Assembly: GCF_004353825.1 (NCBI RefSeq)
Contig: NZ_SMNA01000002.1
Coordinates: forward strand, 434,001-498,000
Source: Occultella glacieicola
GTDB lineage: Bacteria > Actinomycetota > Actinomycetes > Actinomycetales > Beutenbergiaceae
Reading direction: 5' to 3'
DNA: 64,000 nt
Positions 9,699 through 19,527 of the stretch are shown in pieces (within the stretch, counting starts at the first letter, position 1; every line of letters starts with the position of its first letter). The notes under the pieces were generated by a model. It was not told the origin of the DNA, did not search any database, and saw nothing but the letters and a program-made list of their open reading frames with translations. Position numbers and translations under genes: made by a program.

Positions 9699-10736
9699 AT
9701 GACTTCAACGGTGACGACGCCGTCGTCCGAGTCCGTGCCCAGGTCCCACCCGGCGGACCGGACCGGCGCCCAGGTGGCCGCCGACGCGGCCGCGGTGATC
9801 GGCTCGGCGGACCTGTCCGAGGCCGGCCTGCGCAGGTTCCTGCACGGCCTGCCCGGCGTGGACCGGGTCGGCGCGGACGGGCGCGCGGCCCACCTGGGCA
9901 CCCGCTCGATCAAGACCACCGCCAAGGCGTGGGCGCTGGACCTGACCATCTCGATGGTCGACCTGACCACCCTCGAGGGCGCCGACACCCCCGGCAAGGT
10001 GCGCTCCCTGGTCGCGAAGGCGCGCACCCCCGAACCCGGTGACCCGACCTGCCCCCGTCCGGCGGCCGTGTGCGTGTACGGCGACATGGTCGCCGAGGCG
10101 CGCGACGCCGTCGGGAACTCCGGCATCAGGGTGGCCGCGGTCGCCACCGCGTTCCCCTCCGGGCGGGCCGGGCGCCAGGTGCGCCTGGCGGACACCCGCG
10201 ACGCGGTGGCCGCCGGCGCCGACGAGATCGACATGGTGATCGACCGGGGCGCGTTCCTGTCCGGTGGGTTCCGCAAGGTCTACGACGACATCGTCGCGGT
10301 CCGGGAGGTCTGCCACGACGCCGAGCATCCCGCGCACCTGAAGGTGATCCTGGAGACCGGCGAGCTCGCCACCTACGACAACGTACGCCGGGCGTCGTGG
10401 CTCGCGATGCTCGCCGGCGCGGACTTCATCAAGACCTCCACCGGCAAGGTCTCCCCCGCCGCGACGCTGCCCGTCACCGTGATCATGCTCGAGGCGGTCC
10501 GGGACTTCCTGGCCACCACCGGGGTGCAGGTCGGGGTGAAGCCGGCGGGTGGCATCCGCACCGCGAAGGACGCGATCAAGTATCTGGTCTCGGTCAACGA
10601 GGTCGCCGGCGAGCCGTGGCTGGACCCGGACTACTTCCGGTTCGGGGCGTCGTCGCTGCTCAACGACGTGCTCCTGCAGCGCCAGAAGCTGGCCACCGGC
10701 GCCTACTCCGGCCCCGACTACGTGACGATCGACTGA
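9699..10736 (+). CDS. deoC: Deoxyribose-phosphate aldolase
   Basis: DLTTLEG, GADEIDMVI, LKVILETGEL, FIKTSTGK, KPAGGIR and RFGASSLL. Confidence 0.95.
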   Translation: MTSTVTTPSSESVPRSHPADRTGAQVAADAAAVIGSADLSEAGLRRFLHGLPGVDRVGADGRAAHLGTRSIKTTAKAWALDLTISMVDLTTLEGADTPGKVRSLVAKARTPEPGDPTCPRPAAVCVYGDMVAEARDAVGNSGIRVAAVATAFPSGRAGRQVRLADTRDAVAAGADEIDMVIDRGAFLSGGFRKVYDDIVAVREVCHDAEHPAHLKVILETGELATYDNVRRASWLAMLAGADFIKTSTGKVSPAATLPVTVIMLEAVRDFLATTGVQVGVKPAGGIRTAKDAIKYLVSVNEVAGEPWLDPDYFRFGASSLLNDVLLQRQKLATGAYSGPDYVTID

Positions 10737-10747
10737 GGACCCCACCC

Positions 10748-12196
10748 ATGCCACGATTCGAATACGCACCGGCCCCGGAGTCCCGGGCCGTCGTCGACAT
10801 CGCCTCCTCCTACGGGCTGTTCATCGACGGCGAGTTCGTCGAGTCCGCCTCCGGTGGTTCCCTGAAGACGATCAACCCCGCCACCGAGGAGTCCCTCGCG
10901 GACGTCGCCGTCGCCGACGAGGCCGACGTCGACCGAGCCGTCCGCGCCGCCCGCAGGGCCCAGGAGAAGGTCTGGGGCCCGATGCCGGGTGCGGAACGGG
11001 CGAAGTACCTGTTCCGGATCGCTCGGCTGCTGGCCGAGCGTTCCCGTGAGTTCGCGGTGCTCGAGGTGCTGGACAACGGCAAGCCGATCCGTGAGGCCCG
11101 GGACGTCGACGTGCCGACGGCGGCCGCGCACTTCTTCTACTACGCCGGCTGGGCGGACAAGCTCGACCACGCCGGCTTCGGGCCTTCGCCGCGCCCGCAC
11201 GGGGTGGCCGGGCAGGTGATCCCCTGGAACTTCCCGCTGCTGATGCTGGCCTGGAAGATCGCGCCGGCGCTGGCCACCGGGAACACCGTGGTCCTCAAGC
11301 CGGCCGAGACCACCCCGCTCACGGCGCTGCTGTTCGCGGACCTGCTCCGCCAGGCCGAGCTGCCGCCGGGCGTGGTGAACATCGTCACGGGGGCCGGGGC
11401 CACCGGCGCCGCCGTGGTGGCCCACCCGGGCGTGGACAAGGTCGCGTTCACAGGCTCCACCGCGGTGGGCAAGCGGATCGCGAAGGAGATCGCGGGCACC
11501 CGCAAGCACGCCACCCTCGAACTCGGCGGCAAGGCGGCGAACATCGTCTTCGACGACGCTCCGATCGACCAGGCCGTCGAGGGCATCGTCAACGGCATCT
11601 TCTTCAACCAGGGCCAGGTGTGCTGCGCGGGCTCGCGGCTGCTGGTCCAGGAGTCGGTCGCCGCAGAGGTCGTCGAACGGCTGAAGGTCCGGCTCGGCAC
11701 CCTGCGGGTCGGGGACCCGATGGACAAGAACACGGACGTCGGCGCGATCAACTCGGCCGCGCAGCTGGCCCGGATCACGGACCTGACGAAGGCCGGCGAG
11801 GAGGAGGGCGCGGTGCGCTGGACCGCCGACTGCGCCCTGCCGGAGCAGGGCTTCTGGTTCGCGCCGACGGTGTTCACGGACGTCTCCGCGGCGCACCGGA
11901 TCGCCCGTGAGGAGATCTTCGGCCCGGTGCTGTCGGTGCTGACCTTCCGCACCCCGGCCGAGGCCGTGGCGAAGGCGAACAACACCCCGTACGGTCTGTC
12001 CGCGGGGATCTGGACGGAGAAGGGTTCGCGGATCCTGTCGATGGCGGACAAGCTCCGCGCCGGCGTCGTCTGGGCGAACACGTTCAATAGGTTCGACCCC
12101 ACCAGCCCGTTCGGTGGGTACAAGGAGTCCGGCTACGGCCGGGAGGGCGGCCGCCACGGCCTGGCCTCCTACCTGATCGAGGGGAGCACCCGATGA
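10748..12196 (+). CDS. Aldehyde dehydrogenase, catalytic subunit (ALDH16 N-half-like)
   Basis: IPWNFP, KPAETTP, FTGST, ELGGK, NQGQVCCAG, EEIFGPV and PFGGYKESG. GAGGA RBS before ATG 10748. Confidence 0.92.
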   Translation: MPRFEYAPAPESRAVVDIASSYGLFIDGEFVESASGGSLKTINPATEESLADVAVADEADVDRAVRAARRAQEKVWGPMPGAERAKYLFRIARLLAERSREFAVLEVLDNGKPIREARDVDVPTAAAHFFYYAGWADKLDHAGFGPSPRPHGVAGQVIPWNFPLLMLAWKIAPALATGNTVVLKPAETTPLTALLFADLLRQAELPPGVVNIVTGAGATGAAVVAHPGVDKVAFTGSTAVGKRIAKEIAGTRKHATLELGGKAANIVFDDAPIDQAVEGIVNGIFFNQGQVCCAGSRLLVQESVAAEVVERLKVRLGTLRVGDPMDKNTDVGAINSAAQLARITDLTKAGEEEGAVRWTADCALPEQGFWFAPTVFTDVSAAHRIAREEIFGPVLSVLTFRTPAEAVAKANNTPYGLSAGIWTEKGSRILSMADKLRAGVVWANTFNRFDPTSPFGGYKESGYGREGGRHGLASYLIEGSTR

Positions 12197-13083
12197 GGGC
12201 GCCCGCACCCGCACGCATCGACGTGCGCAAGACCTACAAGCTGTTCATCGGCGGCGCCTTCCCGCGCTCGGAGTCCGGCCGGACGTACGAGGTGACCAGC
12301 GCGAAGGGCGCGTTCCTGGCGAACGCCGCGCAGGGTTCGCGCAAGGACGCCCGGGACGCCGTTCGGGCGGCCCGGTCCGCGCAGCCCGGGTGGGCCGGGG
12401 CGACGGCGTACAACCGCGGGCAGGTCCTGTACCGGGTCGCCGAGCTGCTCGAGGGCCGCCGGGCCCAGTTCGTCGCCGACGTCGCCGCCGGGGAGGGTCT
12501 GACCGAGCGGCGCGCACAGGACGCGGTGGCCGCGGCCATCGACCGGTGGGTCTGGTACGCGGGCTGGTCGGACAAGGTCGCCCAGGTCGCCGGCAACGCG
12601 AACCCGGTGGCCGGGCCGTACTTCAACCTCTCCGCCCCGGAGCCGACCGGGGTGGTCGCGGTGATCGCGCCGCAGGCCTCCTCGCTGCTCGGCCTGGTGT
12701 CCGTGCTGGCACCGGCGATCGTCACCGGGAACACCGTGGTGGTGGTCGCGTCCGAGGACCGCCCGCTGCCCGCGATCAGCCTCGCCGAGGTGCTCGCCAC
12801 CTCGGACGTGCCCGCCGGTGTGGTCAACATCCTGACCGGCCGCACCGCGGAGATCGCCCCGCACCTGGCCAAGCACATGGATGTGAACGCCCTCGACGTG
12901 GCCGGTGCCCTCGGCGCCGACGGCATCACCTGGGGTGCGCTCGAGGCCGACGCCGCGGACACCGTCAAACGGGTGCTGCGCCCGGCCGGGGACGACGAGG
13001 CCTCCTGGGCCGACGCCCAGTCCCTGAACGCGATCCTCGCCTACACCGAGACCAAGACGGTCTGGCACCCGAAGGGCATGTGA
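12193..13083 (+). CDS. Truncated, non-catalytic ALDH-like protein (ALDH16 C-half-like)
   Basis: Has KTYKLFIGG, WYAGWSDK, GNTVV, GVVNILTG and terminal ETKTVWHP. No Cys, ELGG or EEIFGP. ATGA overlap with the upstream ALDH. Confidence 0.85.
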   Translation: MRAPAPARIDVRKTYKLFIGGAFPRSESGRTYEVTSAKGAFLANAAQGSRKDARDAVRAARSAQPGWAGATAYNRGQVLYRVAELLEGRRAQFVADVAAGEGLTERRAQDAVAAAIDRWVWYAGWSDKVAQVAGNANPVAGPYFNLSAPEPTGVVAVIAPQASSLLGLVSVLAPAIVTGNTVVVVASEDRPLPAISLAEVLATSDVPAGVVNILTGRTAEIAPHLAKHMDVNALDVAGALGADGITWGALEADAADTVKRVLRPAGDDEASWADAQSLNAILAYTETKTVWHPKGM

Positions 13084-13101
13084 ACGGTCGAGAAGGACGC
13101 T

Positions 13102-13158
13102 CGACCGCGCGGAAACCCCCGGTCCGGCCCGGCGAGACCGGGGGCTTCCGCGCGGTCG
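13102..13158. terminator. Bidirectional terminator hairpin between convergent genes
   Basis: Long inverted repeat CGACCGCGCGGAAACCCCCGGTC ... GACCGGGGGCTTCCGCGCGGTCG. Confidence 0.75.
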
Positions 13159-13210
13159 GCAGCAGGTCGTCGATCCCTTGCCCGAGGCGCGGGCTGGCCA
13201 GGACCCACGG

Positions 13211-14197
13211 TCAGGGTCTGCGCCCGACCAGTTCGTCGTATCGGATCGCGGCCACCCCGGCCACGATCAGCAGTCCGCCGAGGAGTTGCACGAGGCTCGG
13301 TAACTCCCCGACGAGCAGCCACGCGAGCACGATCGCGAACAGCACCTCCACCAGGCCGACGAACGAGGCGAGCTTGGCGCCCAGGCGCCGGGTCGCGGCG
13401 ATCCCGGTCGTGTAGGCGACCACCGTGGAGACCAGGACGAGCGCGATCAGCGCCCCCCACCACGGCACCGAGGCGCCGCTGAGGGTGACGTCCGCCGCGA
13501 CCACGTGGAGCGGCAGCAGGCCGACCAGGCCGAGCAGCCCGAGGGCTGCCCCGCCGACGGTCATGCCACCCGCCGCCAGCACGAGCGGCGGCAGACCGGT
13601 GGTCACGTTCCCGCTGAGCACGAAGTAGCCGGCCAGCCCGCAGGCCGCGGCCAGACCCCAGAGCACGCCAACCAGGTCCACGTCCGCGGCGCCGGTGAGG
13701 TCGAGGACGAGCACGAGCCCGGCGAGGGCGAGGGCAACCCCGGCCACGGTCGCCCTCCGGGGCCGCTGGGCGTGCCGCAGCCACAGCCAGAGCACCACCA
13801 GGACGACGCCGAGGTATTCCAGCAGCAGTGCGACCCCGACCGTGACGTGGGCGATCGCGGAGAAGTAAGCGAACTGGGTCAGGGCCAGGGCGAGCAGCCC
13901 GTAGCCGACGATGAGGCGGGCGTTCGTGCGCAGCAGCGACCACCGGCCGCGCAACTGCACCAGCGCGGGCACCAGGAGCACCAGGGCGGCGCCGGCGATC
14001 CGGGCGGTCACCGCCGCCCCGGCGCTCCAGCCGATCTCGAGCAGCGCCCGGGCGATCGGCCCGGACGTTGCGAACACGGCGGCCGAGACCAGTCCCAGCC
14101 ACAGCCCGCCCACCTGAGCCCGGACCGCGGGGACGGTGTGCGCGAACGAGCCACCGCCGTCGGGCCTGTGCGGACCGGCCCCACCCGCGGCGCTCAC
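13211..14197 (-). CDS. EamA/DMT family transporter
   Basis: About 10 TM helices in two EamA repeats; ALLLEYLG and ASFVGLVEVLFA. Confidence 0.85.
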   Translation of the reverse strand: MSAAGGAGPHRPDGGGSFAHTVPAVRAQVGGLWLGLVSAAVFATSGPIARALLEIGWSAGAAVTARIAGAALVLLVPALVQLRGRWSLLRTNARLIVGYGLLALALTQFAYFSAIAHVTVGVALLLEYLGVVLVVLWLWLRHAQRPRRATVAGVALALAGLVLVLDLTGAADVDLVGVLWGLAAACGLAGYFVLSGNVTTGLPPLVLAAGGMTVGGAALGLLGLVGLLPLHVVAADVTLSGASVPWWGALIALVLVSTVVAYTTGIAATRRLGAKLASFVGLVEVLFAIVLAWLLVGELPSLVQLLGGLLIVAGVAAIRYDELVGRRP

Positions 14198-14955
14198 GCG
14201 TGCAGCCGGGCGAGGAACTCGCGGGTACGCGGCTGCTCGGGTGCGCCGAGGACCTGTTCCGGCGGACCGGACTCGAGCACCCGGCCGCCGTCGAGGAAGC
14301 AGACCAGGTCCGCGGCCTGCCGGGCGAAGCCCATCTCGTGGGTCGCGACCAGCATCGTCGTGCCTTCGGCGCGCAGTTCGGCGAGCAGGTCGAGGACCTC
14401 CCCCACGAGTTCCGGGTCGAGAGCGGAGGTGACCTCGTCCAGGAGCAGCAGTTCGGGGCCGTTGACGAGGGCCCGGGCGATCGCGGCCCGCTGTTGCTGC
14501 CCACCGGAGAGCTGGTCGGGGTAGGCGGTGATCTTGTCGCCCAGACCCACCCGTTCGAGCATCGCGACCGCCGCGGCCTCCGCCTCCTCCTTCGTGCGGC
14601 CGTGCACCAGCCGGGGCGCGAGCGTGACGTTCGCGAGCACGCTCATGTGCCCGAACAGGTTGTAGGACTGGAACACCATGCCCATCCGGGCGCGGGCCGC
14701 GTTCGCGTCCACCCAGGGGTCGGCGAGATCGACACCACGCAGTTCGATGACGCCGTCGTCGACCTCCTCCAGCAGGTCAACGGCGCGCAGCAGCGTCGAC
14801 TTGCCGGACCCGGAGGCCCCGATGAGCACCACGCAGGAGTGCTCGGCGACATCGAGGTCCAGGTCGTCCAGCACGAGGTTCGTCCCGAACGACTTGCGGA
14901 GCCCGGCCACCCGCAGCAGCGGCGGTCGGAGCGGCTTCGGGGTGGGCCCGGTCAT
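14194..14955 (-). CDS. Polar amino acid ABC transporter ATP-binding protein
   Basis: GASGSGKST, VFQSYNLF, LSGGQQQR, LLLDEVTSALDPE and THEMGFA. Start is MTGPTPK at 14955. Confidence 0.93.
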   Translation of the reverse strand: MTGPTPKPLRPPLLRVAGLRKSFGTNLVLDDLDLDVAEHSCVVLIGASGSGKSTLLRAVDLLEEVDDGVIELRGVDLADPWVDANAARARMGMVFQSYNLFGHMSVLANVTLAPRLVHGRTKEEAEAAAVAMLERVGLGDKITAYPDQLSGGQQQRAAIARALVNGPELLLLDEVTSALDPELVGEVLDLLAELRAEGTTMLVATHEMGFARQAADLVCFLDGGRVLESGPPEQVLGAPEQPRTREFLARLHA

Positions 14956-15818
14956 CGGATCGCCCCCACCATCGCGGCGCCGACGCCCCGGCCGCCGCGC
15001 CGAGCGTTGTAGGCGTCCACGAGCCTGGTCAGCGGCACCGAGATGAGCAGGAACAGGAAGCCGGCCACCACGTAGGCGGTGAAGTTGTAGCTGCCGCTGA
15101 CCGCGATCTCGGCGGCCCGGATCGCGTCCACGGCGCCGAGGATCGAGATCAGCCCGGAGTCCTTCTGCAGGGCCACGATCATGTTCAGCAGTGCCGGTGT
15201 GACCGCCCGCACGGCCTGCGGGACCACGACCCGGCGAGTGGTCTGGCCGCGGGTGAGGCCGAGGGCCCGGGCCGCCGCCACCTGGGAGGGGTGCACGGAC
15301 TCGATGCCGGCCCGGAAGATCTCCGCGAGGTAGGCGGTGTAGGTGAGCACGATGGCCAGCGTGCCCAGGAACGTCGCGGTGATCGGCAACCAGGGCAGCC
15401 GCAACGCAGGCAGGCCGAAGCCCACCAGGAGCAGGACCAACAGCACCGGCACGCCGCGGAACACGTCGATGTAGATCGTCACGACCGCGCGCAGCGGGAA
15501 CAGCGCGGGGGCCGTGGTGGTACGGGCGACCGCCAGCGCCAGCCCACCGACCACGGCGATCACACCGGCGACAACCCAGACCCGCAGGTTCAGCCAGAGC
15601 CCCTGCGCCACCGCGGGCAGCACCGCCACGAACTCGACCGGGTCGAAGAACGCCTCCCGGGCCCGGTCCCAGCCTGGCGAGCCGACGAGCACCACGAAGG
15701 CGAGCACGGCCACCACCACGGTGGACGCGAGCGCGACCAGGAACGACCGGCGCCGCCGGCCGCGCCGGTACGCCGCGCGCGCCAGCGCCCGCTGCGACGG
15801 TGTCCACTGCCCGCTCAC
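14952..15818 (-). CDS. Polar amino acid ABC transporter permease
   Basis: FRGVP, AYLAEIFRAGIESV, AARALGL, PQAVR and KDSGL. Confidence 0.92.
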   Translation of the reverse strand: MSGQWTPSQRALARAAYRRGRRRRSFLVALASTVVVAVLAFVVLVGSPGWDRAREAFFDPVEFVAVLPAVAQGLWLNLRVWVVAGVIAVVGGLALAVARTTTAPALFPLRAVVTIYIDVFRGVPVLLVLLLVGFGLPALRLPWLPITATFLGTLAIVLTYTAYLAEIFRAGIESVHPSQVAAARALGLTRGQTTRRVVVPQAVRAVTPALLNMIVALQKDSGLISILGAVDAIRAAEIAVSGSYNFTAYVVAGFLFLLISVPLTRLVDAYNARRGGRGVGAAMVGAIR

Positions 15819-15828
15819 GGCGGCGGCG

Positions 15829-16689
15829 TCAGCTCAGCGCGGGGATGTCGTCCGTGCGCAACCACTGCGTGCTGAGCTCGGCGAGCGTGCCGTCTCCCTG
15901 CAGGGCGTCGACGGCGGCGGAGACACAGCCGGTCAGGTCGGAGCCGAGGTCGAGGACGAAACCGATCTGGGCCGTCTGACCCGCCTCGGGCAGGGTTCCG
16001 ATCACGGCGGAGTCCGGGAAGTACACGGTGGAGGCGGCCACGGCCTGGTTCACGTCCATCACGACGGCGTCGATCTGGTCGTTCGTCATCGCCTGCATGG
16101 CCAGGCCGGCGTCGTCGAACGGCACCAGCTCGACGGCGTCGCCCCAGGCCGCCTCGGCGATCGGCATCGAGGTCTGACCGGCGGTCACGCCGACCCGGGC
16201 GCCCTCGAGCTCCGCGAGCGTGGTCGCGGCGCCGTAGGCACCCGTCTCCTGCACGACGAGTCCCTGCAGGGTGTCCAGATACGGGGTGGAGAAGTCGACC
16301 ACCTCGGCACGCTCGGGCGTGATCGTGGTCTGGTACGCAGCGAAGTCGAAGGGCTTGATGCTCGGGGCGATGATCTGCTCGAACGTCACGGTCTCCCAGA
16401 TCACCTGGTCGTGGTCGTAACCGAGGTGCTCGGCGACGGCGTACACGAGCGCCGACTCGAAACCCTCGCCCGTGGTCGGATCCTCGCCCACGTACCACGG
16501 CTCGTACGGGACGCTCGTGCCGACGGTCAGGACGCCGTCGGTCAGGGTCGGCAGGTCGCCGCCCACGCACACGGACGCGTCGCCGGTGCTCCCGGGCTCC
16601 GTGGTGGATTCCTCGGCACCGCCACCGGAACAGCCGGCCACGGTGGCGAGCGCTGCGGTCAGGACCAGGGCAGGAAGACGACGACGCAC
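15829..16689 (-). CDS. Amino acid ABC transporter substrate-binding lipoprotein
   Basis: Lipobox VAGC; GVLTVGT, TITPERAEVVDFSTPY and DGTLAELSTQWL. Confidence 0.9.
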   Translation of the reverse strand: MRRRLPALVLTAALATVAGCSGGGAEESTTEPGSTGDASVCVGGDLPTLTDGVLTVGTSVPYEPWYVGEDPTTGEGFESALVYAVAEHLGYDHDQVIWETVTFEQIIAPSIKPFDFAAYQTTITPERAEVVDFSTPYLDTLQGLVVQETGAYGAATTLAELEGARVGVTAGQTSMPIAEAAWGDAVELVPFDDAGLAMQAMTNDQIDAVVMDVNQAVAASTVYFPDSAVIGTLPEAGQTAQIGFVLDLGSDLTGCVSAAVDALQGDGTLAELSTQWLRTDDIPALS

Positions 16690-16829
16690 AACAGGCCTCT
16701 CTCAGGCGAACCAGGGTGGCGCCAGCCGCTGGGCACTGCCCGCGGGCGACATTTGAACTCTAGAACAATCCCGCTGGTACGGGTCCTGATGGCCGGCGAC
16801 CGAGACATACGTCACGTCACCGGCCGGCC

Positions 16830-18008
16830 TCAGCCGCCGGTCCGCTCCCGGTGGCTGGCGCGGGCGCGCTCGAGCAGTCCCATGAATTGCGCCTCATCGC
16901 GGATCCAGGCGCGCTGCTTCTCGGGCAGCGCCTTCAGCATCGCTTCCTCGGCGAGCAGCTGGTTGTAGACCTCCGCCTGCACCTGCGGGTCCTCGTCCTC
17001 GGCCTCCAGGTAGGTCGTCGCGTGCCGCTGCGCGCCCTTGATCGCGTTCATGGCCCGGCCCTTCGGGCTCAACAGCGACGCGAAGATCGTGACCACGAGC
17101 ACCCCGATGATCACGGTCAGGGACAGTGCGGTGGAGATCTCCACCACCGGGACCGGGTCGCCATCGTTGATGAACGGGACGTTGTTCTCATGCAGCGCGT
17201 GCAGGATCAGCTTCACCCCGATGAACCCGAGGATGGCGGCAAGCCCGTAGGAGAGGTAGATCAGCCGGTCGAGCAGCCCGTCGAGCAGGAAGTAGAGCTG
17301 GCGCAGCCCGAGCAGCGAGAACGTGGTGGCGGTGAACACGATGTACACGTTGGTGGTGAGGCCGAAGATGGCCGGGATCGAGTCCAGGGCGAACAGCACG
17401 TCGGTGCCGCCGATCGCCACCATCACGAGCAGCATCGGGGTGAGCGCCCGCTTGCCGTCCACGATCGTGAAGAGCTTGTCGCCGTCGTAGTGGTCGGAGG
17501 TGTGCAGGAACCGGCGGGCCAGCCGGACCATGATGTTCTCGCCGTCGTCGTCGTGCCCCGGCTTGAGCATGTTCCCCGCGGTGATCAGCAGGATCAGCCC
17601 GAAGAAGTAGAACACCCAGGCGAAGGTGTTGATCAGCGCGGCGCCGAGGAAGATGAACCCGGTGCGGGCGAACAGCGAGAACACGATGCCGAACAGCAGG
17701 ACCTTCTGCTGGTCCGCCCGGGGCACCTTGAAACTCGTCATGATGATCAGGAACACGAACAGGTTGTCCACCGAGAGAGCCTTCTCGGTGATGTACCCGG
17801 CGAAGTACTCGGCGCCCATGTCCGGGCCGCCGAGGACGAGCACGCCCACCCCGAACAGCAGCGCGATGCCGACGTAGAAGGCGGACCATCGGGCCGCTTC
17901 CCCGAGCGTGGGGATGTGCGCCTTGCGCACGTGGAACCAGAAGTCGAAGAACAGCAGCCCCACGATCCCTACGACCGTGACGGCCCAGATCCAGCCGGGC
18001 ACCTCCAT
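16830..18008 (-). CDS. TerC/Alx family membrane protein
   Basis: EKALSVDNLFVF, DVLFALDSIPAIFG, LGLRQLYF and FIGVKL. Confidence 0.92.
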   Translation of the reverse strand: MEVPGWIWAVTVVGIVGLLFFDFWFHVRKAHIPTLGEAARWSAFYVGIALLFGVGVLVLGGPDMGAEYFAGYITEKALSVDNLFVFLIIMTSFKVPRADQQKVLLFGIVFSLFARTGFIFLGAALINTFAWVFYFFGLILLITAGNMLKPGHDDDGENIMVRLARRFLHTSDHYDGDKLFTIVDGKRALTPMLLVMVAIGGTDVLFALDSIPAIFGLTTNVYIVFTATTFSLLGLRQLYFLLDGLLDRLIYLSYGLAAILGFIGVKLILHALHENNVPFINDGDPVPVVEISTALSLTVIIGVLVVTIFASLLSPKGRAMNAIKGAQRHATTYLEAEDEDPQVQAEVYNQLLAEEAMLKALPEKQRAWIRDEAQFMGLLERARASHRERTGG

Positions 18009-19138
18009 CAGGCTTCCCCTGTCCTACTTCGGTCGTCGTTGTGGTCGCCGGACTGCGCCGCGGCGTATCCGGGTTCGATCTGGTCGGCGATGATGACGCG
18101 CATCTCCTGGTGCGGGGCGAACGCGTTCCAGGCGGCGGTCAGGGTGACCTGCTCGAAGTCCTCGAGGGTCCAGCCCGCCTCGGTCGCGAGCGCGAACATC
18201 TCCCGGCTCATCGAGGTGGCGGACATCAGCCGGTTGTCCGGGTTCAGGGTGACGGCGAAACCCATGTCCCGCAGGACCGTGATCGGGTGTTCGGCCACCG
18301 ACGCCGCGATCCCGGTCTGCAGGTTCGACTGCGGGCAGACCTCCAACGGGATCTGCCGGTCCAGCACCCACTGGGCGAGGTCGCCGAGCGCCGCGAACAA
18401 CTCACCGTCGGGATCGGTGCCCAACTCGATGTCGTCCATGATGCGCACGCCATGGCCGAGCCGCAGGGTGCCGCACAACTGGAGCGCTTCCCAGATGCTC
18501 TCCGTGCCGGCCGCCTCCCCCGCATGGATCGTGTACGGGAAGTTCGCCTCGCGCAGGCCCCGCAGCGCGGGCAGGTGTCGGGACGGCGGGAAGCCGTCCT
18601 CGGGCCCGGCGAGGTCGAACCCGACGGCGCCGCGATCGCGGTTCGCAAGGGTCATCTCGGCGATCTCGGCGCTCCGATCGAACTGCCGCATCGCGGACGG
18701 CAGGGTGCCGACCCGGATCCGGCGGCCGGCCTCCGTGGCCTCGGCGACGCCCTCGCCCAGGCCCGCGTGCACCGCGTCGAGCACCTCCTGCAGGCTCAGC
18801 CCACCGGCCAGGTGCTGCTCGGGGGCGTACCGAAGTTCGGCGTAGACGACGCCGTCTGCGGCGAGATCGACCACGGCCTCGCGGGCCACCCGACGCAGAC
18901 CCGCCTCGGTCTGGGTGACCGCCAGCGTGTGCACGAAGGTCTCGAGGTAGCGGTTCAGGTCACCGGCGGAGGCCGCCTGCACGAACCAGGCCGCGAGCCC
19001 GTCCGGGTCGGTGCTGGGCAGCTGGTGCCCCACCTCCGCGGCCAGGTCGATGATGGTCGCCGGGCGCAGACCACCGTCGAGGTGATCGTGGAGCACCACC
19101 TTCGGCAGCGCGACGATGTCCTCGTAGGTGAGCGTCAT
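18008..19138 (-). CDS. add: Adenosine deaminase
   Basis: [39 protein letters not shown] and [14 protein letters not shown] -10 lies 6 nt before ATG 19138. Confidence 0.95.
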   Translation of the reverse strand: MTLTYEDIVALPKVVLHDHLDGGLRPATIIDLAAEVGHQLPSTDPDGLAAWFVQAASAGDLNRYLETFVHTLAVTQTEAGLRRVAREAVVDLAADGVVYAELRYAPEQHLAGGLSLQEVLDAVHAGLGEGVAEATEAGRRIRVGTLPSAMRQFDRSAEIAEMTLANRDRGAVGFDLAGPEDGFPPSRHLPALRGLREANFPYTIHAGEAAGTESIWEALQLCGTLRLGHGVRIMDDIELGTDPDGELFAALGDLAQWVLDRQIPLEVCPQSNLQTGIAASVAEHPITVLRDMGFAVTLNPDNRLMSATSMSREMFALATEAGWTLEDFEQVTLTAAWNAFAPHQEMRVIIADQIEPGYAAAQSGDHNDDRSRTGEA

Positions 19139-19181
19139 AGGCCGAGCGTAATGGCGCACCGGACCCCGCGCGCAACGCACT

Positions 19182-19499
19182 TCACGCGGCCAGACCCGCG
19201 ATCGCGAGGGTGGCACCGAGCCCAGCCAGCACCACGACCGACAGGCCGACGTGCAGCAGCGCGGTCCACGGCCCGTTCCCCTCGTGCCGCCAGCGCCGCA
19301 GATCACGCAGCACCAGCACCAGCAACGCCAGGGCGGCCAGCCCGGCGACGGCGGCGATCACCGGGCGCTGCTGCCGCTCGGCGGTCAGCGCGACCAGCAT
19401 CGCACCGAGGACCGCGGCGAGCATGGTCCGGTTCCACGCCAGCATCGTTCGCTGGGGCTGGGCCCCGGGGTCGCCCGCGAGCCCGTGGACGGCCCTCAC
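19182..19499 (-). CDS. DUF202 family membrane protein (YidG-like)
   Basis: [16 protein letters not shown] motif followed by 3 TM segments. GTG start inferred. Confidence 0.75.
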   Translation of the reverse strand: MRAVHGLAGDPGAQPQRTMLAWNRTMLAAVLGAMLVALTAERQQRPVIAAVAGLAALALLVLVLRDLRRWRHEGNGPWTALLHVGLSVVVLAGLGATLAIAGLAA

Positions 19500-19527
19500 G
19501 GCCGGCCCGCCACGCGCGTCGGGATCC

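Noticed and set aside
10070..10747. N-terminal 226-aa extension of the ALDH ORF (708 aa)
   Set aside because: It is an alternate frame of deoC. The real start is ATG 10748 with an RBS, so this is not a DeoC-ALDH fusion.
14956..15807. Apparent 537-aa ABC ATPase; likewise the apparent 856-aa permease (21680-24250)
   Set aside because: The extensions overlap upstream permease genes in another frame. The true starts are at ATGA overlaps (14955 and 22966).
16690..16829. Possible amino-acid riboswitch or T-box upstream of the ABC binding protein
   Set aside because: Only ~65 nt follow a TAGAGT -10, and I could not recognise SAM, glycine or T-box motifs.
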